From IMG/VR virus record IMGVR_UViG_3300025087_000057: a DNA stretch of 64,000 nt, one strand, 5' to 3'. How positions within the stretch are numbered: position 1 is the stretch's first letter; every line of letters starts with the position of its first letter. Shown here in pieces: positions 33,514-42,742 of this stretch. The notes beneath the pieces are model-generated. The model made no database searches and had not been told where the DNA came from. It saw only the letters and a list, made by a program, of their open reading frames with translations. The position numbers were made by a program, and so were the translations under genes. Source of the DNA: an uncultured virus (IMG/VR IMGVR_UViG_3300025087_000057) (Duplodnaviria > Heunggongvirae > Uroviricota > Caudoviricetes).

Positions 33514-34967
33514 TGATAGTAACAAAAAATGTTGGTATTTCAATTACCAGAGAATTGGCAACTGGCGTTAAAGTTCCCAATACCGTAAAGCCTCCAATGA
33601 ACTTTTTGCATGATTCGAAAGATTATGAAATGAGTTTCTCGAATGACATAAAAAGAACAATGGAGTTATGTGATAAAATATATAAGCATGAAGCAATCAT
33701 AGGCAATGCTGTCGATATTCTCGTTGAATTCGCAACCACAAAACTGTGGGCAGAAGATACCGGGAACGAAGAGTTAAATAAAATTCTGAACTTTTTCAAT
33801 AACAATGTTAATGATGGATTAACCGGACAATCCCCCGGAATGTTTGCATTGTTCGAGAAATTATTCACCGAATATCTTGTTTTCGGTAATGTCTTTCCAT
33901 ACGCATATTGGCAACAGGTACAAGTAGAAGGTATAAAGAAACCGTTTTCAATACCTACATCTATTACATTATTAAATCCTCAGCATATTCAAATCCCAAG
34001 CGAATCGGTCGCTTTTGGAAATGAAGTTCTATATTTTACTCCAGATTACAATACTATGCAAGTTTTGAGGTCTGACGGAAGAAGTTATCCAGAATACATG
34101 AAATTAAAGAAGTCGTTGCCCAATAACATGATAAGAAAATTAAAAAATCAACGAAGTGATAAATTAATGCTTGATTCAAGATTTGTCTCACATATCAAGA
34201 GAAAGGGGAGGGACTATAGTGGATGGGGAATCCCATTTATTTTAAGAACCTTTACGGCTTTATCGATTATTAAAAAAATAAGAAAACTGGATGAATCAAC
34301 AATAGAAGGTTTAATGAATTTACTTGTTTTGTTTAAGGTCGGAACTGACGAATTCCCGGCAAGTCCTGAGCGCGTAGCCGCTTTAGCTTCTCTATTATCC
34401 GAACAAAAGGCCTCAACTCAGTTGGTTTGGGCGCACGATTTAGATGTTTCGACACATGGCCCCGATGGTAAGGTTCTCGCGTTTAAGGATAAATATGCCG
34501 AAGCATACACCGAACTGAAGAGAGGACTTGGTGTCCCTCCTGGACTTTTGGGTGAACCACAGCAGGTTCGTTATGAAGATTTGCTTGCCATGACAGAGAG
34601 ATTGAACACAATAAGAAGAATTGGGTTGACGTGGTTACAGCACAGTATTTATAACAAGATTGCCATACAAAATGGATTTACTGATATTATGCCGAATCCG
34701 AGAATGGCAAGAATGAATCTGTCGAATAGTGATTCATTGAAGACTCATATAATGAACTTCTATGATAGAGGGTTAATTGACACCGACACTGCCCTAACTG
34801 AAGCTGGATATGATTACGACTCTGTTGTTGATGCTAAAAAAAGAACAAAGAAAAATGACAAACTTTTCCAACCACCACAATTACCTTGGGCTGGACAAGA
34901 TAATAAACAAGGTTTCAAGAATGACAACCCGGAGAAAACAAACAAAAGAAACTCAGATGAGGAATAG
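33504..34967 (+). CDS. portal protein
   Basis: Follows TerL; 487 aa; YLVFGNVF, WGIPFILR, GLGVP. Confidence 0.85.
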   Translation: MDIMIVTKNVGISITRELATGVKVPNTVKPPMNFLHDSKDYEMSFSNDIKRTMELCDKIYKHEAIIGNAVDILVEFATTKLWAEDTGNEELNKILNFFNNNVNDGLTGQSPGMFALFEKLFTEYLVFGNVFPYAYWQQVQVEGIKKPFSIPTSITLLNPQHIQIPSESVAFGNEVLYFTPDYNTMQVLRSDGRSYPEYMKLKKSLPNNMIRKLKNQRSDKLMLDSRFVSHIKRKGRDYSGWGIPFILRTFTALSIIKKIRKLDESTIEGLMNLLVLFKVGTDEFPASPERVAALASLLSEQKASTQLVWAHDLDVSTHGPDGKVLAFKDKYAEAYTELKRGLGVPPGLLGEPQQVRYEDLLAMTERLNTIRRIGLTWLQHSIYNKIAIQNGFTDIMPNPRMARMNLSNSDSLKTHIMNFYDRGLIDTDTALTEAGYDYDSVVDAKKRTKKNDKLFQPPQLPWAGQDNKQGFKNDNPEKTNKRNSDEE

Positions 34968-35349
34968 TATGACCCGAAAGGATACAATAAAAGAATTAGA
35001 CTCTTTATGTCTAATTGATAAAGATAACAAAAGTTTTGGTATTATGGGAAGCCATAAATTCCATGTTTTGAATAATTTATTGACATCCAAAGATTGTCAG
35101 ATAATTGAAATGGTGGGGATGAATGGCGGTAAAGAAATAGACGTTGGTAAACATATTCATGAAAAAAGCACAGAAATTTTTTATCAATTATCTGGGACAA
35201 CCTACTTTCACGATGGAACACATATAAAAGAGGGAGAAATAAAGTTAATATCTCCAAATGAACAACATAATTTACATATTCAAGGAAATGGTTCTGTTGT
35301 TATTATTATCCATCCGGTAGATGAAAAATTAAGATTATTAACTTCATAA
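34957..35349 (+). CDS. cupin-domain protein
   Basis: HIHEKSTEIFYQLSG...ISPNEQHN. Confidence 0.75.
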   Translation: MRNSMTRKDTIKELDSLCLIDKDNKSFGIMGSHKFHVLNNLLTSKDCQIIEMVGMNGGKEIDVGKHIHEKSTEIFYQLSGTTYFHDGTHIKEGEIKLISPNEQHNLHIQGNGSVVIIIHPVDEKLRLLTS

Positions 35350-35358
35350 GGGGGTGAA

Positions 35359-35676
35359 ATGGGTGATGATTTAAAGGAGTTGAGTGCTAAATGTTCTGAA
35401 CTGTCCTCAATTTGTAGTGATATGAAAGCACAACTAAGAATGCTTAATCCTGCCGATTTAATAGAATTTAAAGGTAAAATTGTTAATGCTCTTGCCCATT
35501 TTGATAGTGATTTAGCTTCTTTGGAGAAAAGAATGACAAAGAATGAAACCGAGATAGCAAGCAACAAAGAGAGTATTGCTATTTTAAAAGCTAAAATTGG
35601 AATAGTTGGATTTATTTCTGGGTTATTTGCCGGAGGAATAATTAACGCAATTTTATATTTAATATTTAGGGTGTAA
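35359..35676 (+). CDS. coiled-coil protein with C-terminal TM (XhlA/holin-like)
   Basis: Heptad region plus C-terminal hydrophobic helix. Confidence 0.55.
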   Translation: MGDDLKELSAKCSELSSICSDMKAQLRMLNPADLIEFKGKIVNALAHFDSDLASLEKRMTKNETEIASNKESIAILKAKIGIVGFISGLFAGGIINAILYLIFRV

Positions 35677-35788
35677 TTTGTTGTTATATATAGTGTTATA
35701 TTAAACAAAATGATTATGTTAAAAAAAATGGGGAATATTTAATAAAAAATAAGTATTTGTATTAGAGATACAATTTAATGGAGTAAAA

Positions 35789-36502
35789 ATGATTATAGCC
35801 GACAAAATTACCCATTTCATGGGTTCGAATGTAGAAATTTATAGTAAGCCTATTAGTGAAGCCGGAGAAGCTATTGCCAGAAAAAATCATACCGAAGATT
35901 TAATGTATCTGAAATTTGAATTATTACATGCTAATACTAATCGCAATAAAGACGAATTTTTAAAAGATGAATTAAAAGCTGCTTATCAAACACTGGTTGA
36001 CAAACCGATTAACTGGGAGCATCGCCCCAACGAAATAATCGGTCATGTTTATTCGGCTGATTATGTTGAGTATAAACCGGAGGCTGAAGCCAGTTCACCA
36101 GTAGATACTAAAACCGATGTTGTTGTTTGTGAAGGTGTTGTTTATAAATATAAAATTCCCACAAGAGCTATGGAAATCCAAAGACGTTATGCTGAGAAGA
36201 AACTTTTCTATTCCATGGAAACGTATTTTGAAAAAGCTAAATGTTCTGAGTGTGGAAAAGAATTTGAAGATAGTATTGACTATTGTGAACACTTGACAAC
36301 AAGATTCGAAAGAGGTAGTACAGCAAGGAGACAGTTAATTGGTCTATTATTCGGTGGTGCTGGTTGTGTTAAAAATCCAGCCGATGATGCAAGGGGATTA
36401 ATTGTAGCTTCTCAAAGGACTAATTCAATTATATCATTAATCGATATTCTTGGTGATAGATTTACTGTTGAAGATTATTTCGAATACATTAAAAAACAAT
36501 AG
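35789..36502 (+). CDS. prohead maturation protease-like protein
   Basis: NRNKDEF...KPINWEH...IIGH...YSME...CSEC...F.GAG.V.NPAD. Confidence 0.75.
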   Translation: MIIADKITHFMGSNVEIYSKPISEAGEAIARKNHTEDLMYLKFELLHANTNRNKDEFLKDELKAAYQTLVDKPINWEHRPNEIIGHVYSADYVEYKPEAEASSPVDTKTDVVVCEGVVYKYKIPTRAMEIQRRYAEKKLFYSMETYFEKAKCSECGKEFEDSIDYCEHLTTRFERGSTARRQLIGLLFGGAGCVKNPADDARGLIVASQRTNSIISLIDILGDRFTVEDYFEYIKKQ

Positions 36503-36511
36503 GGGTTTATT

Positions 36512-37336
36512 ATGATAAATAAAATAGATGAAAAATATAGGAATGTTTTATTAAAGTATGTTTCACCAGTTGGTGAAAAACCTGTTTTTGGTGATAATAT
36601 TAATGGAATTTTTTCTATAGATACGAAAGAAGCGATAACCGCTTCTATAGAAGGACTGTTAAATGATGCTAATGTTCTGAAGATTTATTCAAATACCGAA
36701 AGGTTGGAAATTTTTAGAAACATTATAGAGGCATCTTATGATATGGGAAATGATATAACCGATATAATAAAGGAAGTTTCGAAAGGAGGCTTTACAGTGA
36801 AGGTATACACAGAAGAAGAAATGCAAGCCAAAGCCAAAGAACTTGCTGATTCTATGTTTGAGGAAAAACTGAAGAGTACGGCTAAAGAAGATACCGAATC
36901 TTTGTTTACCCAAAAACTCGATGAAGTCAAAGCTCAGGTGACGGCACTTGAAAAGAAAAATTCTGATTTAGAACAGAAGGTTGCAGATGCAGAAAAAGAA
37001 AAACAAGATATTTTAGCAGAGCAAAAAAAGCAAGAGACAATTGCCAAAAGAACTCTTGAGCTGAAAGCACTTGGTTTTGATTTCGAAGCTAATAAAGAGA
37101 TGGTTGCAACCTACCTTACTTCTAATGACGGAGACTATGAAAATTTCAAAAAGATTATAGCTAAGATTGCCGCCGATACCGCTAATGATATAAAGGCTAA
37201 AGCTGAAGCTGAGAAGGCAAAGCTTGGTAGTGATGGCGACTTGGCTGCGGCATCGACCATTGTTCCTAACAATGTTAGTGATGCAGGTGAAGGTGTTTTT
37301 GATAAAATTATGAAAGAAAAATTGAAAATAAAGTAA
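36512..37336 (+). CDS. capsid scaffold-like coiled-coil protein
   Basis: Glu/Lys/Ala-rich coiled coil between protease and capsid genes. Confidence 0.6.
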   Translation: MINKIDEKYRNVLLKYVSPVGEKPVFGDNINGIFSIDTKEAITASIEGLLNDANVLKIYSNTERLEIFRNIIEASYDMGNDITDIIKEVSKGGFTVKVYTEEEMQAKAKELADSMFEEKLKSTAKEDTESLFTQKLDEVKAQVTALEKKNSDLEQKVADAEKEKQDILAEQKKQETIAKRTLELKALGFDFEANKEMVATYLTSNDGDYENFKKIIAKIAADTANDIKAKAEAEKAKLGSDGDLAAASTIVPNNVSDAGEGVFDKIMKEKLKIK

Positions 37337-37356
37337 CTTGAAAGGGGTGAAGATAA

Positions 37357-38034
37357 ATGTTAGAAGTAAAAGTTCCCGGTTTTAGAAATGGGTACAGTTA
37401 TAAAGCTGGCGAAGCTCTATTAATGGGTACAGTTGGATATATTTCTGGTATTGATTCAAGTGGATATTTTTTAATTAAAGCTCCTAGTACATCAACAACG
37501 GCTGCTTTAACTATTTATCCGTTTAAGAAGTATACAGATGATAATGAGGGCAGTGATACTGCTTCTGCTTACGAATCTATTCCTAGTGGCTCCGGTCTTG
37601 TCGTTTTTGAGGGATTTGGAGAATATGTAACAGATAAGTTCGTTCATACTGGTCTTGTTAATACAAGTTCAACTCAGTTGTTCCACGATTCTGCTCAGTA
37701 TGCATCAATGACATCTACGGCACATTATACTACATATGGAACAAAAATGAAATTCCTGTATCCGTGTATTACTGCTGGAAAGCTTGGATATTTAGCTGGT
37801 ACATCGACCAACGCTGGATTTGCTGACGCTGCTTATACTGGTACTCAAATAAAGCCATCATGGAATAAGAATTTTATTCTTGTTAGACCTTATTCTGGAA
37901 TGTATATCAATAACTCAAAGATTGCGTTCAGAACAGTGCCGTCGTCACCAGTTTGGGGTGGAATGTATGTTAGTAGCACAAATGCTGCTAATGGTAATCC
38001 TACCTTAGAAATGTCACCATATTATAACAGTTAA
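37357..38034 (+). CDS. capsid decoration/cement protein candidate
   Basis: Lies directly upstream of the MCP; Gly/Ser/Thr-rich. Confidence 0.5.
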   Translation: MLEVKVPGFRNGYSYKAGEALLMGTVGYISGIDSSGYFLIKAPSTSTTAALTIYPFKKYTDDNEGSDTASAYESIPSGSGLVVFEGFGEYVTDKFVHTGLVNTSSTQLFHDSAQYASMTSTAHYTTYGTKMKFLYPCITAGKLGYLAGTSTNAGFADAAYTGTQIKPSWNKNFILVRPYSGMYINNSKIAFRTVPSSPVWGGMYVSSTNAANGNPTLEMSPYYNS

Positions 38035-38059
38035 TATTAATTTGAAGGAGGTTGTTTTA

Positions 38060-38947
38060 ATGGACATTAAAGATAGACAAGCATTGGCAAAAGCATTTGC
38101 AGAAGAAGCTGCGAGTGCTATGGAAACTCCCGAAACAAGGGAAGCCTTTGCTACGAAGATTGTTAAATATCTTCGAATGGACGTTCAACAGCGCGACCTT
38201 GCAGAATTAATGTTGACTAAGGATTATTTTGAACTTGGACAAACGCCGGAATATACTGAGTTTGCCGGACTGAAAGCCCACTGGCATGAGCCGGGGTCAT
38301 ATGCACCAAGAAGTGCCATGACTCGTAAGGTTTTTACTGTTCCGACAGACATGATAAGTGTCCATCCAGAATATGAATTAGGGCAACTTAAATCTGGTCG
38401 CTACGGAACGATTTTAGACCAAATGGATTCAGCGAGAGATGAAATCCTCGGAGCTACCAATGCTCTTGTTTTTAACACTATTAAGGGGTCGATTGTGTCT
38501 GGTGATGCTAACTATTTCGCCGCAAGTGGACAGGTTACATTAGCGGCACTTGACCAAGCTATTAGTTGGGTTAATGACCACTCTAATGGTGTTAAGGCTA
38601 TTGTCGGAAGGCGTAGCAGGTTGGATAAGATTCTTGGTTTGAATACAACCAGTGGTCCTTATTCTGATAGAATTTTGGACGAAATCATGAGAACCGGAGT
38701 TTTGTCAATTTATAAGGGTGCTCCTGTTATTGGACTACCTCAATACTACGACGGTTTCGGTCAAGCTACAATATCCCCTGACGATATTATCGTTCTTGGT
38801 GATAATGTTGGCCGTTATGTTGTAAAAGAGGAAGTTCAACAAATGAACGATATCGACATTGATACACTAAATTGGCATATGCATGTGTGGAGTAGACTCG
38901 GTTGCGCGATTTTCAAGCCCGAAAGAGCTGCACGTATTTATATGTAA
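38060..38947 (+). CDS. major capsid protein (HK97 fold)
   Basis: Position, ~295 aa, GVLSIYKGAPVIGL and terminal WSRLGCAI strand; strong SD. Confidence 0.8.
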   Translation: MDIKDRQALAKAFAEEAASAMETPETREAFATKIVKYLRMDVQQRDLAELMLTKDYFELGQTPEYTEFAGLKAHWHEPGSYAPRSAMTRKVFTVPTDMISVHPEYELGQLKSGRYGTILDQMDSARDEILGATNALVFNTIKGSIVSGDANYFAASGQVTLAALDQAISWVNDHSNGVKAIVGRRSRLDKILGLNTTSGPYSDRILDEIMRTGVLSIYKGAPVIGLPQYYDGFGQATISPDDIIVLGDNVGRYVVKEEVQQMNDIDIDTLNWHMHVWSRLGCAIFKPERAARIYM

Positions 38948-38954
38948 TTTTAAA

Positions 38955-38970
38955 GGGGGAATTATCCCCC
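38955..38970 (+). terminator. hairpin after the MCP gene
   Basis: GGGGG-AATTAT-CCCCC. Confidence 0.45.
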
Positions 38971-38990
38971 ATTATTAGGAGGAATGGAAA

Positions 38991-39611
38991 ATGGACGAGA
39001 AGAAAAGAGGAAGACCGAAAGGAAGTAAAAATAAATCAAAAGATAATCAAACATCTGTTGAAGTTACGCAACAGGAAAATAACAAGAGAATTGTCTTAAG
39101 ACCAGTCAATGAAAGTGGTCGATTTATTAATTCCGAAGGCGTTCTATATGAAGAAAAAGTTTTTTATAGCTTTAAGAATAGATTAAAAGGTGCATTTTTT
39201 TATAAGGGTGATGACGGTTCCGATAAAAAAATCGATGGACTAACAATCAGAAATGACATTACCCCAAGAGAAAGAGAAGATATTACCGGATGTCACGCAT
39301 TTCAAGAAGGTTTTATAGTAGAGTGGGCTGATGATACTGTTAAGCCTACGAATTATAATGCCATGAGTGACAGGCAAATAGATGCAGTTATGAAAGAGTA
39401 TGGTTTATTAGAAGATAAAGATAAATTCAAAAACTATATTAACAGTATGACATCTATTTTTTCTCTTGAATATTTTAGGGACAAAGTAAAAGATACTTTA
39501 CCGGGTTCGATTATAACATATATTGACAGTCGCATTGGCGAATTAAGAGAAGCTGAATATGCGAAGTTAGCTGTCAACAAAAAAGAATATAAACAAGGTT
39601 TAAAAAAATAG
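38991..39611 (+). CDS. hypothetical protein with N-terminal AT-hook-like motif
   Basis: KKRGRPKGSKNK. Confidence 0.65.
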   Translation: MDEKKRGRPKGSKNKSKDNQTSVEVTQQENNKRIVLRPVNESGRFINSEGVLYEEKVFYSFKNRLKGAFFYKGDDGSDKKIDGLTIRNDITPREREDITGCHAFQEGFIVEWADDTVKPTNYNAMSDRQIDAVMKEYGLLEDKDKFKNYINSMTSIFSLEYFRDKVKDTLPGSIITYIDSRIGELREAEYAKLAVNKKEYKQGLKK

Positions 39612-39625
39612 AAAGGAGATTATAG

Positions 39626-40249
39626 ATGGCAGCTACTTGGGAAGTTACTGGTATCGCTGGAGATAGTAATACCGCTACTGCTGGGGCTGTTAGGGTTCCC
39701 ATTAATGCTACGTCAGCAATTGCATTTGGTGGTGGAACGAGGGGAACCGCATTATTAACGGCAATTCAAAAAGATGAAGTCGCGATGTCGATGCATATTT
39801 GCGATGCCGCATCAGAATCTGCTCATGATAGATGTGCTAGTCCTCATATGCATGTAATGGCATATGCAGCAACGGCAGGATATTGCTATAATGATACCGT
39901 ATACGAAGCTATTTCGGTAGCATCTCCTCCAGCAGCAAGGGGTATTGAGTTTAGATTTGGATTTGATTCAGACGTTGAAATTACAGCATGTACAATTCAT
40001 GCTGGAACTGGTGCTAATGTTGATGGTATGACTGAAAATTGTGGAATTTATTTTTGTGAAAGAAGCAATAGCAGTGCAGTGTGTGGGCAAGTTACATGGA
40101 GCAGAGCTTTTTACGGAAGTGCCTTAAGTCTACATCCATTTTCAACGGCAGCAAATTCAAGAGATTGGTATGTTGGAATTTCATTAAAAGCAACCGCAGT
40201 TGGTTTTGAGTCTGATAATAAAATTAAAATTGAAGCAACTTATCAATAG
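39626..40249 (+). CDS. putative virion structural protein
   Basis: Ala/Gly/Thr-rich beta protein in the head module. Confidence 0.55.
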   Translation: MAATWEVTGIAGDSNTATAGAVRVPINATSAIAFGGGTRGTALLTAIQKDEVAMSMHICDAASESAHDRCASPHMHVMAYAATAGYCYNDTVYEAISVASPPAARGIEFRFGFDSDVEITACTIHAGTGANVDGMTENCGIYFCERSNSSAVCGQVTWSRAFYGSALSLHPFSTAANSRDWYVGISLKATAVGFESDNKIKIEATYQ

Positions 40250-40257
40250 GTGGTAAT

Positions 40258-40458
40258 ATGGATGAAACAAAAGGCGCAAAGCCCCTTGAAATAGTTGGTT
40301 CCGTATCTGTTTCGATTATGTCAGATGGGGTGTATTTATCATTTAGAGAAGAGCCTAAAACTGATGATGGTTGGGCGTCAACGGTTAATCTTCCATTTGC
40401 CATATATGAAAAATTTAAAGCTAATAAAGTAAAAATAACTGTTTCGAAGGCAGAATAG
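40258..40458 (+). CDS. hypothetical protein
   Basis: 66-aa ORF with SD. Confidence 0.55.
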   Translation: MDETKGAKPLEIVGSVSVSIMSDGVYLSFREEPKTDDGWASTVNLPFAIYEKFKANKVKITVSKAE

Positions 40459-40466
40459 GGGGGATA

Positions 40467-40757
40467 ATGGTTGGTTTTGTAACATTATTATCGAGTACTG
40501 ATGCTCAAACAGCATTCCCTTCTGGTTCTCATATTAAAATTAATGGGATATACCCATATCGATTGGTTGGTACAGCAGAAGCAACGGCATCGTTCTATAA
40601 CGCTAGTGATGGTTTGATATATTTCTATACGGCGTATCAAAACCACCCTACTATTCCTATTACATTCCCCAATGGAGTAGAAACAAATGGTTTTGTTGTT
40701 AATACCGGAACCAACATAGGATGCACGATAGCGGTTGAATTTTTATACGCAAACTAA
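40467..40757 (+). CDS. small putative virion protein
   Basis: 96-aa beta-rich ORF. Confidence 0.55.
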   Translation: MVGFVTLLSSTDAQTAFPSGSHIKINGIYPYRLVGTAEATASFYNASDGLIYFYTAYQNHPTIPITFPNGVETNGFVVNTGTNIGCTIAVEFLYAN

Positions 40758-40824
40758 AAACGAGAAAGTATGCAGAAATCTCCTATTTGAACAAATGAAA
40801 TATAAATAGGAGACTTTCTCTTAT

Positions 40825-41298
40825 TTGGAGGATAGGATGAATAATAAGTGGATGGTGAGTTTGTCTGACGGTCAGACAATCGTTGAGACAAAACTTATCA
40901 ACAACGGAAACAAGCTGAGTCCTTGGTTGCAATTATTGAATTACTTAAGGAAAAATAAGGACAAAAAAATCCTAAGTATTCAGGTGGTAATAAATGGGAA
41001 AATTTATAATACTCCACGACTGCAACATAAAACTAATGCTAAGTTTGTTGATTCCGATAAACCAGATAGACTATGGTGTTCTAAAAAAGCATCACAGATA
41101 TTTGTAGGGGGATGGACTTATTCATCTTCTTACGGTTTATCTTATCGTTTTGGTGACTATCGACATTATTTGTGGATAGACGAAAAAACAAACGAAACTC
41201 ATACCGAAATAGTTCCAATCAAGGGTCACAGAGAAGAAGTAATAGAAAAATTCTATGACGAGGTAGTTGGTAATGAGTGCGACATTTCAACTATATAG
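40825..41298 (+). CDS. hypothetical protein
   Basis: ORF with GGAGG SD. Confidence 0.65.
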   Translation: MEDRMNNKWMVSLSDGQTIVETKLINNGNKLSPWLQLLNYLRKNKDKKILSIQVVINGKIYNTPRLQHKTNAKFVDSDKPDRLWCSKKASQIFVGGWTYSSSYGLSYRFGDYRHYLWIDEKTNETHTEIVPIKGHREEVIEKFYDEVVGNECDISTI

Positions 41299-41776
41299 AG
41301 ATTATGGTGAAAGTCTTCACTCTTCCAGTAATACCAACTGGGTTGTAAATTTACTTAATGTAGATAGTGTTAATTGTATTTCAACAAATTACCCAATAGC
41401 CAGACCCGATGATGGAACTATTAAAACTTCATATGAAGCTTGGACATATTTTTATATGACCAAAGCTCCCCAGACGAGATGTGAGAACTTCAAATTCTGG
41501 GGTCCCTCAGATAATGTAGCCCAAGGAGTAACTCTTTGGTGTTCTGCAATTCCCCGCGCAAGCGGACAAACCCCATCATTAACATCTTTAATATGCGTAA
41601 CTTCCGCAAGACCGCACAATACCCCAGGTACATCGGTACTTTTGAATGGAAATTGCAGTGGTGTTGGAAGTCCCTCTGGTTATTTGGTTTTACAACTTAG
41701 AGTAGATAGCTCTGCTAATATAGGTCAAATAACCGGGGACACTATGGTTATGCATATCTCGTATGACGAATCATAG
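41267..41776 (+). CDS. putative virion structural protein
   Basis: SYEAW...NFKFWG...YLVLQLRV...YDES pattern. Confidence 0.6.
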   Translation: MVMSATFQLYRDYGESLHSSSNTNWVVNLLNVDSVNCISTNYPIARPDDGTIKTSYEAWTYFYMTKAPQTRCENFKFWGPSDNVAQGVTLWCSAIPRASGQTPSLTSLICVTSARPHNTPGTSVLLNGNCSGVGSPSGYLVLQLRVDSSANIGQITGDTMVMHISYDES

Positions 41777-41796
41777 TCTCTCCACAAGGAGAGTAT

Positions 41797-42126
41797 ATGG
41801 GTCATAATTCAATCTATGAATGGAAAATTCTTAAAAAGGATGGTTCTATAGTTACATCTGATGGGAAAATTCTTTCTAATGTTAATCATTCTGAAATTGA
41901 ATCGATTTTATTCTATCCTTTTACGTATAGATTCCCATCAATATATTATAAAACAGAAGGAAGAAAAATAATTCATTTTACCAGAGTTTTTTGTAATATT
42001 ACCAATGGAGAGGTCGACAGGGTACTTTACGTATTCGGAGTTGATGGTGATGATATTGATGTTATTGAGTATCCTTCTGGTAACTCATATAAGGTTAAAA
42101 GAATAGAGGATATAGACAATGTATAA
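41797..42126 (+). CDS. hypothetical protein
   Basis: 109-aa ORF. Confidence 0.6.
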   Translation: MGHNSIYEWKILKKDGSIVTSDGKILSNVNHSEIESILFYPFTYRFPSIYYKTEGRKIIHFTRVFCNITNGEVDRVLYVFGVDGDDIDVIEYPSGNSYKVKRIEDIDNV

Positions 42127-42742
42127 TATAGAAGAAATTAAAAATACAATAATTTGTGATGATTACAATAATGTGGTCGAGTCGATTCCAGATAATTGGG
42201 GACATTTGATTATCAGAGATTTTGATGCTCCATTAATCTGTAACAGTAATTACAAAATTTTTGACTATTTAATTAACGAGATAAACAATATTGTAGTCAA
42301 ATGGACGTCTAAACTTATTAATGGATGTTTCTTTGTTTTTATTTTACCACAAGATTTTAGTGATGAAAATAAATATTGGAGTTATGTCTCAAATATTTCG
42401 GCTATATTTGATATGAATAATATTGTTTTACATGCTCATCAGAAAAATGCTCCAAACGGAAGACAAATTATAGTTGGAAGGAAAGGTAAAAAAACAAGAA
42501 AATATATATTTAGAGATGTAAATCTTTACGATGATACTACATATTATAAAGATGGATTGTTTTACCTACCTGTGGTAAAATTAGTTTGCGACATGACTGG
42601 TATTTCCGAAAATATTGTTGACCTTGGTTGTGGTGGGGGAACGATTTGCTTGGCAGCGAAGAAAGAGGGAAGAAATTTCATAGGGATAGATAATATAGCA
42701 GGAAACGTAAAAATATCGAGGAATAGGTTAAATGAGATATAA
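42119..42742 (+). CDS. DNA N4/N6 methyltransferase-like protein, catalytic motif degenerate
   Basis: SAM motif VDLGCGGGT...GRNFIGID present; DPPY position reads IRDFDAP. Confidence 0.6.
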   Translation: MYNIEEIKNTIICDDYNNVVESIPDNWGHLIIRDFDAPLICNSNYKIFDYLINEINNIVVKWTSKLINGCFFVFILPQDFSDENKYWSYVSNISAIFDMNNIVLHAHQKNAPNGRQIIVGRKGKKTRKYIFRDVNLYDDTTYYKDGLFYLPVVKLVCDMTGISENIVDLGCGGGTICLAAKKEGRNFIGIDNIAGNVKISRNRLNEI

